From Chiloscyllium plagiosum (taxonomy: Eukaryota), in the NCBI RefSeq assembly GCF_004010195.1, contig NC_057751.1, forward strand, positions 18,801,543 through 18,865,542: a stretch of 64,000 bases of DNA, in the 5' to 3' direction. The stretch's first letter is position 1. Every line of letters starts with the position of its first letter. Shown one piece after another: positions 25,520 to 38,666 of this stretch. A program made the position numbers and the translations under genes. The notes beneath the pieces were generated by a model that was given only the letters and a program-made list of their open reading frames with translations, searched no databases and was not told the DNA's origin.

Positions 25520-26520
25520 GTCACAGTGTCCTCGAGGTATACAGCTCCGAAACAGGCCCTGTGAACCAGCTCATCCATGCTAACGTGGTTTCCCAAACGG
25601 AACCAATCCCATTTGCTTCCATTTAACCCATACCCCACTACCATTTTCGTAATGAACACAACATCGGGCCTTATAATAAGTTATGGTTTCAGGTTGTGGC
25701 CCACATAATTCCCACCCTCTACCCAATGAATGGCAGTAATTCTACCAGCCTCCATCACTTCCTTTGGCATCTTGCTGCGTGTACGCACCATCCTTTGCAT
25801 GGAAAGGACCCCTCACTTCCATTTAAATCTTTTGCCAATGAACTGAAACATCTGTGGACTACTTTTGATCTCCGCTACCCTACGGAGAAGACCTTGGAGA
25901 GTCACCTCATCCAGGCCCATTTTGGTTTATTAAGTCTCTGCATGGTACTCCCTGAGCCTTCTATTCTTCAAATAAAAAGATAATCCCAGCCTATCAACAG
26001 TCTCGTAATTCAAACGCTGCAGTCTTGTTAACATCCGTGTAAATCCTTTCTTGCACTCTTTAAAATTTAATTGCATAGTTCCTGTAGCAGTGTGACCAGA
26101 ATTGTACAGAGTACTCGAAAGGTGGCTTCACCAATATCGTGTAGAGCCCTAACATGACATCCTAACTCCTGTACTCGATACTCTGAAAGAGGAAGGAAAG
26201 TATGCGAAACAACATTTACATCTCCTGGTCTATCTGTGATGCTCCTTTCAAATATCTATGTAAACTGCATACTTGCTCTCTCTTTTCGATATCACACCCC
26301 AGGCCCACCATTTTCTGTGTAAGTATTGGCGTGTTTTGTCTTACCAATACCTCACGCCACAACCTGTTCAGCCTTTGCTCATAAAGCAATCCCTGCATCC
26401 CCAACTAACATCCTAGTGGACCTTCTCTGAACTGACTCTCATGAAATGATATACTTCCTTAAATAAGAGGAACCTAAACTACTGACGGTGCTCATGATGT
26501 GCTCACCCCAACACCTTCCA
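25520..26520 (-). mobile_element. Decayed CR1 3' fragments
   Basis: acagctccgaaacaggccct tail; gtgaccagaattgtacagagtactcga is the reverse of an LEYSVQFWS-like motif. Confidence 0.6.
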
Positions 26521-28399
26521 TCTCTGTCTCACTGGAACTCACCACCAAACTGGATTCATGAAAGATCGAACCGTAGATTTCCTGCTATAATGCTCCCATT
26601 TCTGCATCTTCCCTCTAATGCAACAGAATCCTAACGATGATATCCTCACACAAGCAACAGGTTTTTGTTGAACACACCGATTTACATAGAAATGGGAGAC
26701 ATTCTGATTAAGTACGGAATATTTTCAGACAATCAATGCGCCCATACTCGTATTTTAGTTCCACGTTGAGGGCAGGGGAAGGATTCGCATTTATATTTAA
26801 AAAAAGTCACAACTATAGAGCATCGAAAATGCTTATGTGTCCGTCTCAATGTCACTCTTTTCCTGGGGCAGTGCTTGCAATTTCAGAATACGTTGACAAG
26901 AGACAGTGTAGTTCCTGTACAAACTCAGTAGCGCTGTTGCATCTTTGGAGACAGAAAAGGCGGGGTCAACGTTTTGAGTCCAGTGTGGCTTCTTCAGAAC
27001 ACTTTCCCTACTTGAGAGACAATTAGAACCATTTCACCAGGATGTATAAACGTGCTTCCATCCATCAGTAAGCATTGGCAGTGACTGGTTGAAAGGTTTA
27101 ACCCAATCAATGGAGAACTAGGATCGGGTATGTCAATTCTGGGCAGCAATGTCTTTCATGAAGATTTCACAATTATTCCTCTCTCTCTCTGTCTCTCTCT
27201 CGAGCTAACTGCAAAGGAAGTCTCAGCATTCGAGGAGTCAAAGCTTATTCTTGACAGTAGGGATTTGAGCTGGAACATCCAGAGGGAAAGCACAGTTCAG
27301 GATTAGGAAGAGGTGGAAGTTCATTTTCCTCAGTCAATCATCTGATCTAATGGCGATTGGCAATATAGGATATTCAGACCAGAATAATGAGGACGTTTGT
27401 GACCATTCGCATTGAAATGTTTCTTGTCTGCTTTGCAAAGGAACACAAGGAGGGAGCTGTGACCATCCAGTGTTGAGCAGAGTCGGAGCTGGAAACATTT
27501 CCGAACAGACCTTTCTGGCCATAATGAAAAATTTCCTTCGACGAGACACTGCTGGGAAAAACACAGCATCTATGAGTTAATTTACGTTGCATCGGTGCAG
27601 AATTGCCCGCGCGAAAGTCGAAGCAGGCACCCAGAAACTCCAACCCGTCGCTACTTGAATCACTCCCGAGTCAGATCTTCGGCACCTATGTGCCTGGGCA
27701 CACTACGTTGGTACGTCCCGAGAGAGCCCAGAAGTAGTAAATGGTTGTGTTTGCAACGTGAGCAAGAATGCAGTAGCTAGCAGACTGGGAAAGAACTAAG
27801 TTCGGGAGAAGGAGATAGGGGGTGTCGATGGAAGTTAGTGAGTCGAGATTCCGAGACAATGGAACAAGAAAACCCACAGACCTGTACAGACACTTTGCTG
27901 AAATTGACAAGACGTGGTCAATTTGAATCTGACACAGAGATGAGAAATTAAGCAAAACAGCGAGTAAATGACCAGGTTAAACCTGTACACGGACAGAAAA
28001 CCCAACACTTGGGACCTCCACCAGGATGTCGGAGGTGAATTTAATGTGAAGACTTTTGTCAGTTCTTTGCAAACGGTTTCCCTTCTTCCCCTTGTCTGGG
28101 CACAACTTATGTGCTGGGATATCGACGGGGACATTAAACGTTTCTTTATGTGGTTTAATGGAATGTTTACTCTGATGCCTCATCTGGCTGAATCCATAAA
28201 TCTACTTATGTCGACAAAAATACAGTAGGGCTTTCCACTAATTGACTGCATTGTCTACAAAATGAGCACGGTTTCTTCTCAGCAACCTATCTGCCAGTTC
28301 TGAAAAGTTAACTCTGCTTTATCTCTAGAGAGATGCTACCAGAGATGCTAAGTTTCTCCAGCAGATTTGGTTGTCATTGATAACCTACACTGACGACAA

Positions 28400-28660
28400 A
28401 AGCCATTTAGGCAGTCGCAGATTTACTGCTCCACCAAACAGAATCCCGTTGGACCCCTGTAATCCTGTATTTCCCATGGTCAACACAACCAACCTACACA
28501 TCTTTGGAATGTTGGAGCAAACTGGAAAATCTGGTGGAAACCCACGCAGATACAGGGCAGAATGTACAAACTCCACGCAGTCAATCTCTGAAGAATTAAA
28601 TTGAAACCGGTCCCTGGCGCTGTGACGCAGCAGTACTGGCCAGCATGCCAACATATAATG
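28400..28660 (-). mobile_element. V-SINE, decayed
   Basis: Shares ccctggcgctgtgacgcagcagt, acaaactccac and aacctacacatctttgga with the SINE at 11418-11712. Confidence 0.7.
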
Positions 28661-30999
28661 CTGAAGTGCAGCATCTGCAGTAATTTCATTCGTATGCAAC
28701 ACAGGACTCTGTGTGAAGTGGACCCCGCCCCTGCTGGGTTATAACCAGGCTGAGAATCAATCAATCTCTTTGGATAAGGCAAAACCTTTGATTGCCACTG
28801 ATTGAATCGATGATTTTTCTCTCCAAGCCAAGTTTCTTTCTTTCTCCCCACACAAGTCAGAACACCTTATCGGGTTATGGGCTGCGCCAGTATTTTCCAG
28901 TATATCCATTGAAACAACAACTTAGTGTTATATAACGCCTTTAATGTAATGCAATTTGCACATTGCTTGTACTGAGTAGGGAACATTTTGGATTACGTTC
29001 TGAGCAGCATCAGAGCAATGAGTTCCCATCACCACCCAAGTAGTGGGAAGTGACAAATTCTGATCGTCAAGGCGTTCCCTGGACAGCTCTTCACTCCCGC
29101 TACAATGTAATAAAGAGAAAAATGTTTACAAAGCGGAAAACATATTTTAACTGGAGAGAGGAGGAAAATGACGAGCAACACAAAAGGAGCCATGAATGCT
29201 TTCTGACTGTCCGAACCACATGGATTCCCATGGTACAAAGTAAGAGAAACCCTGAGCAAAGGTTTACTGTCCAATGGCAAAATAGTGAGCACAGCAAAAC
29301 AGGAAAGGCACACAACAGGAACCCCGTCTTGTGTCCTACACAGCCACCCTTACTCTCACAGACAGATGGATCATAATTTGTCCGTGTGGATCATGGTACC
29401 ACATTCCACTCACTGCCTGGGCGTTAAATATAAGATGGAGCCCCTGTTGATTTGGAAACTTGTCCACTTCTCGCCACTGACGATCTCTCATTTTGCTAAT
29501 TGTTATTGTGGTTTACTTTCCCATCTACACCCTGTGTTTTTTTTTATTCGGGGCAGCGTTTTGGTGGGGTGTGAGGCTGAAGCAAGCTCCAATATTCCCT
29601 TCCTAATTCGTGGCCTGGTACAAAGTGGAGTTCAATCGCGCCTTGTAAAAAGGGATATTCGCCAGAGTAGAGGGTTGAGGGAGGATGAAGGCAACGGTGT
29701 TTGAGGGTCTACCCAACGAAGGAAATTCGTCAGTCGTCTTTTATGATCGCCCACTCTCCCAGTGGCCAGTCACATGCAACCAAGCTGGGCTCCTAGCCTT
29801 AATATACAAACCACATTGTGGAAATGGAAACAAATGCATAGAGAGAGGGGATACAGGGATAAGGCTGGTCTCCCCAGCGAAACGCTCTGAGATTGCAGTG
29901 CGAAGACATCATTACGCTGTCAGAAGGGCGATCAGCCAGGCAAGATTATACACAGCCGCGCCAATATAAATTCTACACGAGACACTGGTTTCCCTTTTCC
30001 ATCTCTTGTGAATTTCACTGGAGGGGCTACCCTGTGCCCAGAAAAGACCAGTCAACGGCACCATTAGGCAACGAGCCCCGTGGTCTAAAGACGAGGAGGT
30101 GACTGACCCCTGGAACAGACTGCTTATGTCATCGGAGACTGGCACTGATGTGTGGTTACAGAGCCGGCACTTTGAAGGAAATGCCATGTACCCATTTTGA
30201 TCTCAATAACGAGAAATGATTTGATCAGATAGTGAGTGAACATAATTCTGTTCTGAATAATAAGTCCTAGGCTCAATTTGGTACAATCCCGCTCTTTGAC
30301 ATCCTACATTTTCCCTTCTCTAACCTCATAAGTGTGTGCTCTACATCTCTGTAACCATTTCCCAAGTCGAATCTCATAACTGTGTGTTCTTAATTAGGGG
30401 CAATCCTAATTAGCGCTGCTGACTCTACATCATCTGAGAATCAGATTTGCTAAGTTTATCCTACGCTTTGAACTACTTACAACAAACTGAGATCGACGAA
30501 AGTAGAATATTTTCCATTTGCAGACAGAGAAGATGTTCTGAAGAAGAATCAAAATGATGACTCTTTTTCTCTCTCCACGGTTGCTGCCAAAATAGCTAAG
30601 TTTTTCACTGCTTCTGTGCTAACCATACCTAGACGTAGGGCAACGTTTGGCTCCGAATATGGAACTGCACCGAAATTGATGTTTTACCTGAGTATCTCAA
30701 ACAAAAGGCAACTGGGTTAACACCAAGTGATGCACAAGGCCTGTTGAAACCTCATCTTCTTCAGTCGCAGATATGCAACACGAAAGGGCAAACTGCCTGC
30801 AACCTTTCAGCTCAGAAAAACGATGGGCTTAAAATCAGAACACACCAATGATCTATTTTACGTCTTGGTTAAAGAGAAGAGCAGAACAAGCGTTCACAAC
30901 AACAGAACCTGGTAGAGCCTTGTTTGTGTATTTCTCTCACTTTCTCTTCCACTCAGAGAATGGTGAGCCTGTGGAATTCACTGGCACGAATTTTTGTGA

Positions 31000-33900
31000 C
31001 TTCAGTATCTCCCTGTCTCTCGACCCTGATTACCTAACCAACCCACCCGAGTTCAAACTCCGAACTTTTACATTTATTTTAAACGTCATTTCTTCTGGTT
31101 TTATTTGTTTCTATTCTTTATTCCAATTTGAAACATCTCATTTATTTTTCTTGCCAAGATTTCGTTTTCCTCAATATCTTTCCGATTGAAAAATAAGTGT
31201 CTTTTAATTGGGTTAATCTTTTATCTTTAAGAATTAATTCCTGCGTTCAAATTTCAATAATCTCTGCTTGGAAGTACCACAATTCAGTTTTATTACTAAA
31301 ATATTCGGTCAGAGTCGATGCTTGTATATCACTTATCAACAGTTTTCTCTTTCCAGCAAGGCCCCAAAATTCATAGAATTATTAAGTCACTTATGTGGAT
31401 ACATTTGGTTCAGCTATGGTTTAATATCACTTACATTAGAGTTTAAATATGAAATATCAGCTTGTGGATCTTGGTCGGCCTGTCTCGAATTTTTTTTTCA
31501 AATGATTTACTTGTAAGTATTTTTGTAGTTCTAGCTTTTACTCTGAAAGGATAACTCTAAATGCTGCTGAATTTGACGTTTTGTTTACTATTTTAGGGTC
31601 GACTTAATAAAGGCCCTGGCACATCGGTACTGTAGAATGCCTAACTCAAGTTACTGTCAGCAACGTGCAGCAACCTATAATAAATGCATAGATCTTCTTT
31701 TACCATCTATTTTGAATCTGTATTTTCCAGTTCTTCCAAGATTTACAGAGAGAATATGTAAATGCTGACTTCCAATGTTCCAATATGGGTCGGAATCCTT
31801 ATGCCCCATTTAACTTACAAGACGTTTTTTGCTAAAACGACTTCCCCTCTGTTTCAGAGTAATTAATGTCATAAACTTTGGCAAGTATCGGGGTGAATGA
31901 TTACAAAACCGTATCCCTGGATACTTCAAAACATTCAATGTGATTTTCCATATTTCAGACACTTTAAAAAAAGTAAGAGACGTTAAGTGGGAGTTCGAGA
32001 GTGATGCCATTTGGATTAGTGTATAATGTGGCTGGGCTTTTGAAGTTGCAGGATTCCAGATTCTGGATTAGTGGAATACCTGATGAAGGGCTTTTGGCCC
32101 GAAATGTCGATTTTAGTGCTCCTCGGATGCTGCCTGAACTGCTGTCCTTTTCCAGCACCACTAATCCGGAATCTGGTTTCCAGCATCTGCAGTCATTCTT
32201 TTTACCTCGTTGCAGGGTTCCAGACTGGTGACGACATAGAATGCCAAGTGAATGACGTTGTGTGTTTCATGGGCTGACCCATAACGTGATCTATTTTGAG
32301 AGCTTATCAGGCGTCCATGGAGGAGGAACATGGAGATCAGTTTGTGATTCAGAGTGGGTGAGGTATTGGTGTCAATGGCTAGCAATGAGGACACGTTTAT
32401 GGTTATTCCTGATTTAGAGTGGTTTCACGCTTCTTCAACTCTGCTCAGCATAGTGATCATGTAAGTGACAACAGTCTGAAGTCTTTAACATTGACTGATA
32501 GTTGGGACCTTTTCTGGATGGATCAAAGTGGCACTAATTGTTCGTGAGAAATTTAAACTTCATGTGTAATTTTCATCTGAAATGCAACGGGAGTTTTGTG
32601 ATTTCCTATAGTTTTGAGGGAAAGTCCATTCTCCAGTTCTCCGAATAACCAATAATCCTAATAGGTCCGTCTGCCCATAGTAGGACAGGCTCACATTGAA
32701 ACTATCAACAAAATCGTAAGTACTTAATGATTTTCTTAAAACATGCAACAAACACTTGGTTCATAATATAGCTCGATCCAACAAGCAATAACAGGCATAG
32801 CCAAATTCACAGTTTATCTTGTTGCTCGTTAACTTCTAATTTGGTTAAATTTGATTATTTTTATATGGCACATTATTTCTCTCATTGATGGAAAGTTCAA
32901 CCCAGGGACTGCCTTGTGGTGTAGTGGTGGATCGGCTATCTCTGAAATGGGAGATTTATGTTAAAATCCCATGTAGTCCAGAATGATTTAAAGGCATCTC
33001 TAAGCGCTTTGATAAGAATATTTCTTGCGAATAACTTTGGATTTCAGCGAATTCCCATTAATTATTTGAGGTGGAAAACCTCACAAACATTAAGAAGTAC
33101 TTGGATGACTACTTCAAGTTTTATAACATTCGAAAAAGTGGGCCACATGCTCTGAAGTGGGACGAGTGTAAATTTAAAGTAGTTTTCTTTTGTTAGTGTA
33201 CACTGAGCTGAAGGACCTCCTCTGTATGATACTTTGATTCTTGATTGTGCAAACATTGAGAAACATTTCAAACGAATTGAATCCAAAAGTCTGCTTTGTT
33301 GAAGTTTACCACAACCCACAATAGAAACAGTTGCATTTGTTTATCCGTTTAAAACATTATCTCTTCTGCACGATGAGCATGAATTCCTAACTGTAAGATT
33401 CCTTTGAAGACAATGTAAGTGGTAAGTAACATGAAAAGGCGGAGAATGGATCCGCTCCACCATTTGAGCACAAGTCACGTTGCTTGATCCACATTCTATG
33501 TGCCAATGAGGAATTCTGTTCGATAGTTAGCTCCACTCCTACAATCTTCACTCGAAACTTTCAATACAATTGCCAAAGTTGGGGAGTGGAAACAAAACTG
33601 ATGGATTGATTGCTGACCAAATTTATTAAGAACACCGGCAGACAATATGAATTCCTCTGTTGTCCAATACCCTGAAAATACTGGTAAAATCTATTGTTTT
33701 ATCTTTGATTCCTGAAATTGAAGTATGCTGCATTGCAATGGCTATCGTTATTCAAGGCAGATATATGTAGAATAAAAGACGATTAACACATCAATACACA
33801 TTAGATAACCAAATAAGTGCTCTATATATATTTCTTTTCACAGCTGAAGATAAATAATTTCTGAAATGAAAAGTGATGTTTTTGATAATTAATGACATTT

Positions 33901-34630
33901 TGTACGGCGAGAATTATCATATTTAATTCCTTTTTAAAATAAAAACAAACAAGTTCAGAATACACTTTCAGGGAGCTTTTGTAAGTTCCTTCAACTCTTG
34001 TCTGAACTGGCTTTGGGTCCCTGTATAAATGCATGGGTAGCAAAAGCAGCCCAACTACTTTAGGAAAGCTCCAGTTTCATGCAAACTATATGCAGGATAT
34101 GTACAATCCCCTCGGAAATTATTGGTATTTGCCAATTTTCTCATCATGAAACTCAGGACACGAGAAAACCATAGTAACAAAGAACTGATTGACAGAAAGA
34201 ACAAAAAAAAAGATTTATTTTGGTTCTCCATTTCTGAATTGCTGTGATTGTGATTCGTGTCACCACCAGCAATTATGCGAATTCAATTAGTACAATCCTT
34301 CTATTGGTTAATGAATTAAACAAGAAAATCGGTGTGACCTGAAGCCAAGTGACCCAGACACTGTAAAACCAGAAAAACACGATACCAGCCAATGAAGAAA
34401 GGAAAGCCGCACTTGGCTGACAGCCCCACTGCACTTCGATAATTATTGTCTCATGATCAAATGGAACTAAAAGCCGGAACGGTTTTTAATACATTCAGAA
34501 CTGAGAAAGTTGTTACAGGTACAATTGCAGATTTTTTCTTGCAATATTTCACTTTAAAATTCTACAAGCACATCACAACAATCGGTCAAATGTGAAAGAG
34601 AAATGAAAATGCAAAGTGACAACTACCAAT
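31000..34630 (+). repeat. Segmental duplication copy B (paralogue of ~3950-8360)
   Basis: Collinear with copy A. Lacks both PLE insertions of copy A and carries its own insertion at 32061-32208. Confidence 0.85.
32061..32208 (+). mobile_element. Short non-autonomous PLE-derived element with hammerhead motif
   Basis: CTGATGA-agggcttttggccc-GAAATGTC at 32080-32108. Flanked by a 16-bp near-direct repeat gttgcagg(a/g)ttccaga (32045-32060, 32209-32224). Absent in copy A near 5000. Confidence 0.75.
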
Positions 34631-34934
34631 ATGTTAGAGAATTGCGTTATTGAAAAGCTGAAGAGGAACTGCTGATGATTCATGTTACTTAAAACTGTAC
34701 TGCCCTTAGTACTTGCTATGTAACATGAGAATTCATTTAGCAGCTTCTACATCAGTACACAAATTTCTAAAATTCTAGCAAATGAAAGAAAATGGAAGAT
34801 TTCCAAATCACACAGGTAACGCGATATAGAAACAGAAATTTTGGATTATATTCTACAAGGCTGGCGGCATTTTTGGAGTGAAAATACAGTTAACAGAAGT
34901 CACCATAACCATTAATCCAATGTCAACGACCCAC

Positions 34935-35275
34935 AACATTATAGAAATTCGATCATTTTACCCATCATCTGTACTGACACAGCGGTCATCATTCAAATCA
35001 GCGCCATTCCTCACCTGATTTCCAATACCAAGCAGTTACTATAGATAATTCACTGGTCTTGCACACTCCTGGGCATTACGGGGCAATTTAGCTTGGCTAT
35101 TCTACCAAACTTACACATCTTGATCTTCGGGAGGACACCAGGGCAACCAACGCAGGAAATTAATAATACGGGGAGAACAAGCCAGCTCCACATGGGCAGT
35201 GTTCCAAGGCTGGAATAATATCATGTTTCCTAATGTTGTGAGGCAGCGGTGCCAAGCACTGAACCATATAACACC
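34935..35275 (-). mobile_element. V-SINE, decayed
   Basis: ggggcaatttagcttggc and ttgtgaggcagcggtgccaagcactgaacca (reverse of the tRNA-like head). Confidence 0.65.
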
Positions 35276-35479
35276 TTTCAGCTATTCACTGGAACTTCTG
35301 AAAAGGTGGTGACGCAGCTCTTCTAACGCTGATGGTAAGGTAGTTTATATATCCAGGAGAACACGTGACGTTTCACTTTAAAATAAGAAAGGTTTGGGTG
35401 ATTTTCTCGGGATTAAAGTCTCTAATTTCAGGTTAGGCTTTCAATACTGGATTGAAAGACTACCAGTGGTACGTGGTAA

Positions 35480-37130
35480 TGACGTTCACTTCGGGTGTGG
35501 AATTCAATTGGTTTAAATAGAAGGTCCGTTGTCTAGTAGTGGCTTTTGCAGCCACAATGAGTTTTCTGGGGGTGGCAGTTGAGGGGCTTTACAGACAGTG
35601 AGCAAGGGAAATAGCTTGGAATTTGCAGAGGAGCTGGTGTTGGTTTTGCATCTGTTGGAGTGCAAAGGGAAGATATTTGTAGCAAGACTTCGACATTTAT
35701 GGTTGTTGGAAATCTCATATGAGTCTTTGAAAAACACTAAAGTTCATTTGAAAATGAAACGGTTTGCACATGAAAAGGAAATGAGACAGCTGCAAGAACA
35801 ATTAGGAGCAGAAGCAAAAGAAAAGAAGAGACAGGCCTGAACTGAAGAAAAATGGAAAAGGAGAGAAGAAAAGCAGACAGAGAAGAATAGTGAAAAGAAC
35901 GTTAGAGTTTGAAATTCAGAGGTTGGCAATTAGAGAAGCAGAGACTGCAGATGCTGGAGATTAGAGTTGAGAGTGTGGTGCAGGAAATGCACAGCAGGTC
36001 AGGCAGCGTCCTAGGAACAGGAAAATAGACGTTTCAGGAAAAAGCCCTTCATTAGGAATGAGGCTGGGAACCTCAGGGGTGAACAGAAAACTTACAGAAT
36101 AAGGGCAATTTCAAAATGGGAAAGTGAAGGGACAAGTTAGACTTAGTGTTGATGTTAATGATGACAAGCAAACAAGCTAAAGGCATGGACATGACCTGTT
36201 AAAATATGTCCATGATTTGCCTAAGTTCGACGAGAAGGATGTAGAAGACTTTCTTTCAGTTCGTTGGAGAAAGTGGCTAAAAAAAATTAAATAGCCATTG
36301 ACCATGTGGATATCGTTGTTACAAACAAATTTGAAACAAATGCCGTCGTCGGTGCATATGAGCTAGGACCAGGAGACTACAGGAATCAAAGGAAAGATCA
36401 TTGCCCAAAGTACATTACGTTAGAAAGAATCAACCAAAATAATTTTGATACGTGGATAAGGGCACTGAAAATAAATGAAGCATGTGACATTCTGAGAGAC
36501 CCTACCATTTTGGAGGAGTCTGTAAAGAATAGAAATTGGGGAAATTCTCAGGTGGTAAAGGAAAATAAGATAGTACAGATAGATTACGACTTGATAAAAT
36601 GTAAAGACATGAAGAGTAAATTGAACTTCAATAAAACGCAAGCCACATAAGTCACAATGATGGCCGTTTAGAAAAAAACACTGGTAAGATTGATGTGGGC
36701 AAGCATGATAGGTTTGACAGTTTTGTTGAAGTAATAAAAGAACGCACAGTGGAAGCAAACAATCCGCACCTAAATGTACATTCTGGTCAAAGGTTGTTTG
36801 AGTCGAAAATTCTAGATCTGTTTAAAGAATTTACTTGTGGTGATAAGGTTTACTCATATTGCCAGAAGGAGCAGGCAAATAAAGTTAAAACTTTTGAGAT
36901 ACGGAAGCAAGTCAACCTTTGATGATGATAAATGAGGAGATACATAATTCAGAATGAGTATTGTCAGGTTAATAAAAAGGAACTCAATGTGAGACGAGAG
37001 CTGTTCATTATATAAAATAAGAATGGAGAGTCGGGTACAAAGCATTCTAGTGGTTTCAGAAATAATAAAGAAATTCTCGATTCCAGAAATCTGAATTATC
37101 CGTGGTAACGATACAGCTAGATCACAGTAC
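35480..37130 (+). mobile_element. Gmr1-like Gypsy gag-protease fragment; resumes briefly at ~38380-38440 after a CR1 insertion
   Basis: Coiled-coil gag ORF 35598-35840, PKFDEKDVEDF motif at ~36220, and protease-like LRYGSK/T region. actgctgttgaaaag...gaaaatcagg at ~38400 matches ~15690. Confidence 0.7.
35935..36085 (-). mobile_element. PLE-derived short repeat with degenerate hammerhead motif
   Basis: The minus strand reads cctaatgaagggctttttcctgaaacgtc followed by gctgcctgacctgctg...ctccagcatctgcagt. Confidence 0.65.
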
Positions 37131-37134
37131 ATGG

Positions 37135-38375
37135 TTTAGTACTGGGGAAAAACTTAATACAGTTCTTCGAGTAAGTGATCAAGTTGACAGATGAAAGACT
37201 GTTGATGTCATATACATGGACTTTAGTGAGGCGTTTGATAAGGTTCCCCATGGTAGACTAATAGAGATAGTGAAGTTATATGGTGTGAAGGGTGTTCTAG
37301 CTAGATAGATAAAGAATTGGTTGAACAACAGGAGACAGAGAGTAGTAGATGACGGGAGTTTCCGAAATGGAGGAAGGTGACCAGTGGTGTTCCAGCGGGG
37401 TCACTGTTGGGGCCACTGTTGTTTGTAATATACATAAATGATCTGGAAGAGGGTATATCGGCATGATCAGCAAGTTTGCAGATGACACGAAGATTGATGG
37501 AGTAGCAGAAAGCATAAGGGACTGTCAAAGATAATAAGAGGCTATAGATAGACTGGAGTTTTGGGCAGAAAAGTGGCAGATGGACTTCAATCCAGACAAA
37601 TGTGAGGGGATGCATTTAGGTAAGACTAATTCTAGAGAGAATTATTCAATGAATGGAAGAGCATTGGGAAAAGTTGAGGGGCAGAGAGATCTGGGAGTGC
37701 AGGTCCATTGTACCCAGAAGGTTGCTGCACAGGTGGATAGAGTGGTCAAGAAGACATATAGTATGCTTGCCTTCATTGGACAGGGTATTGACTACAAGAG
37801 TTAACATTGTACAAGTCATTGGTTCGGCCGCATTCAGAATATCGGGCACAGTTCTGGTCGGCACATTACCCAAGGGATGTGGGCGCTTTGGAGAGGGTGT
37901 AGAGAAGGTTTAAGAGGATGTTGCCTGGTATGGAAGGTGCTAGCTATGAAGAAAGGTTGAGTAGGTTAGGTTTATTTTCATTCAAAAAAAAGGAGATCGA
38001 GGGGGGACCTGATTGAGGTTTATAAAATCATGAGGGGTGTAGACAGGGTGGATAGAGACAAGCTTTTTCCCAGGATGAAGGATTCAATAACGAGAAGCCA
38101 CGCTTTCAAGGTGAGAGTTGGAAAGTTTAAGGGGAATACACGCGACAAGTACTTCACACAGAGGGTGGTGGGCGTTTGCCAGCAGAGGTGGTTGAGGCAG
38201 GCACGGTAGATTCATTTAAAATGCGTCTGGATAAATGCATGAGTAGATGGGGAGTAGAGGGATACAGATGCTTAGGAATTGACCGACAGGTTTAGACAGT
38301 ACATTTGGATCGGCTCAGGCTTGGAGGCCCGAAAGGCCTGTTCCTGGGCTGTAAACGTTCTTTGTTCTTTGGTCT
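37135..38375 (+). mobile_element. 5'-truncated CR1 LINE (RT to 3' UTR)
   Basis: YMDFSEAFDKVPH, SKFADDTK, MDFNPDKCE and a 3' tail gttctttgttctttg. Confidence 0.9.
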
Positions 38376-38477
38376 TTGCTTTAAAGGTGAAGCCGACTGC
38401 TGTTGAAAAGCTAGTGGAAAATCAGGGCACTGAGGTTTGACTTTCCTGTCTAAGTACCAATTTCTGAAGTTCAAACT

Positions 38478-38560
38478 CCCTCTCTTTCTTCCTTCTGCCT
38501 CTCTCTGTCTATTATCTCACCATCTTTCTTTCTCTCTTCTCTCTCTCTCTTTGTTATTGT
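38478..38560. repeat. CT-rich low-complexity tract
   Basis: Pyrimidine-rich (ct)n-like run. Confidence 0.6.
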
Positions 38561-38666
38561 TCTTCTAAAACGATTCTATCAGTTTCTTTTTGTTCTTCTC
38601 GAATCTTGCATTTTTTCTGAATCCTCTGCTTTTAATCAGAGTTCAAAAAAATTCATTTCTTAATAT

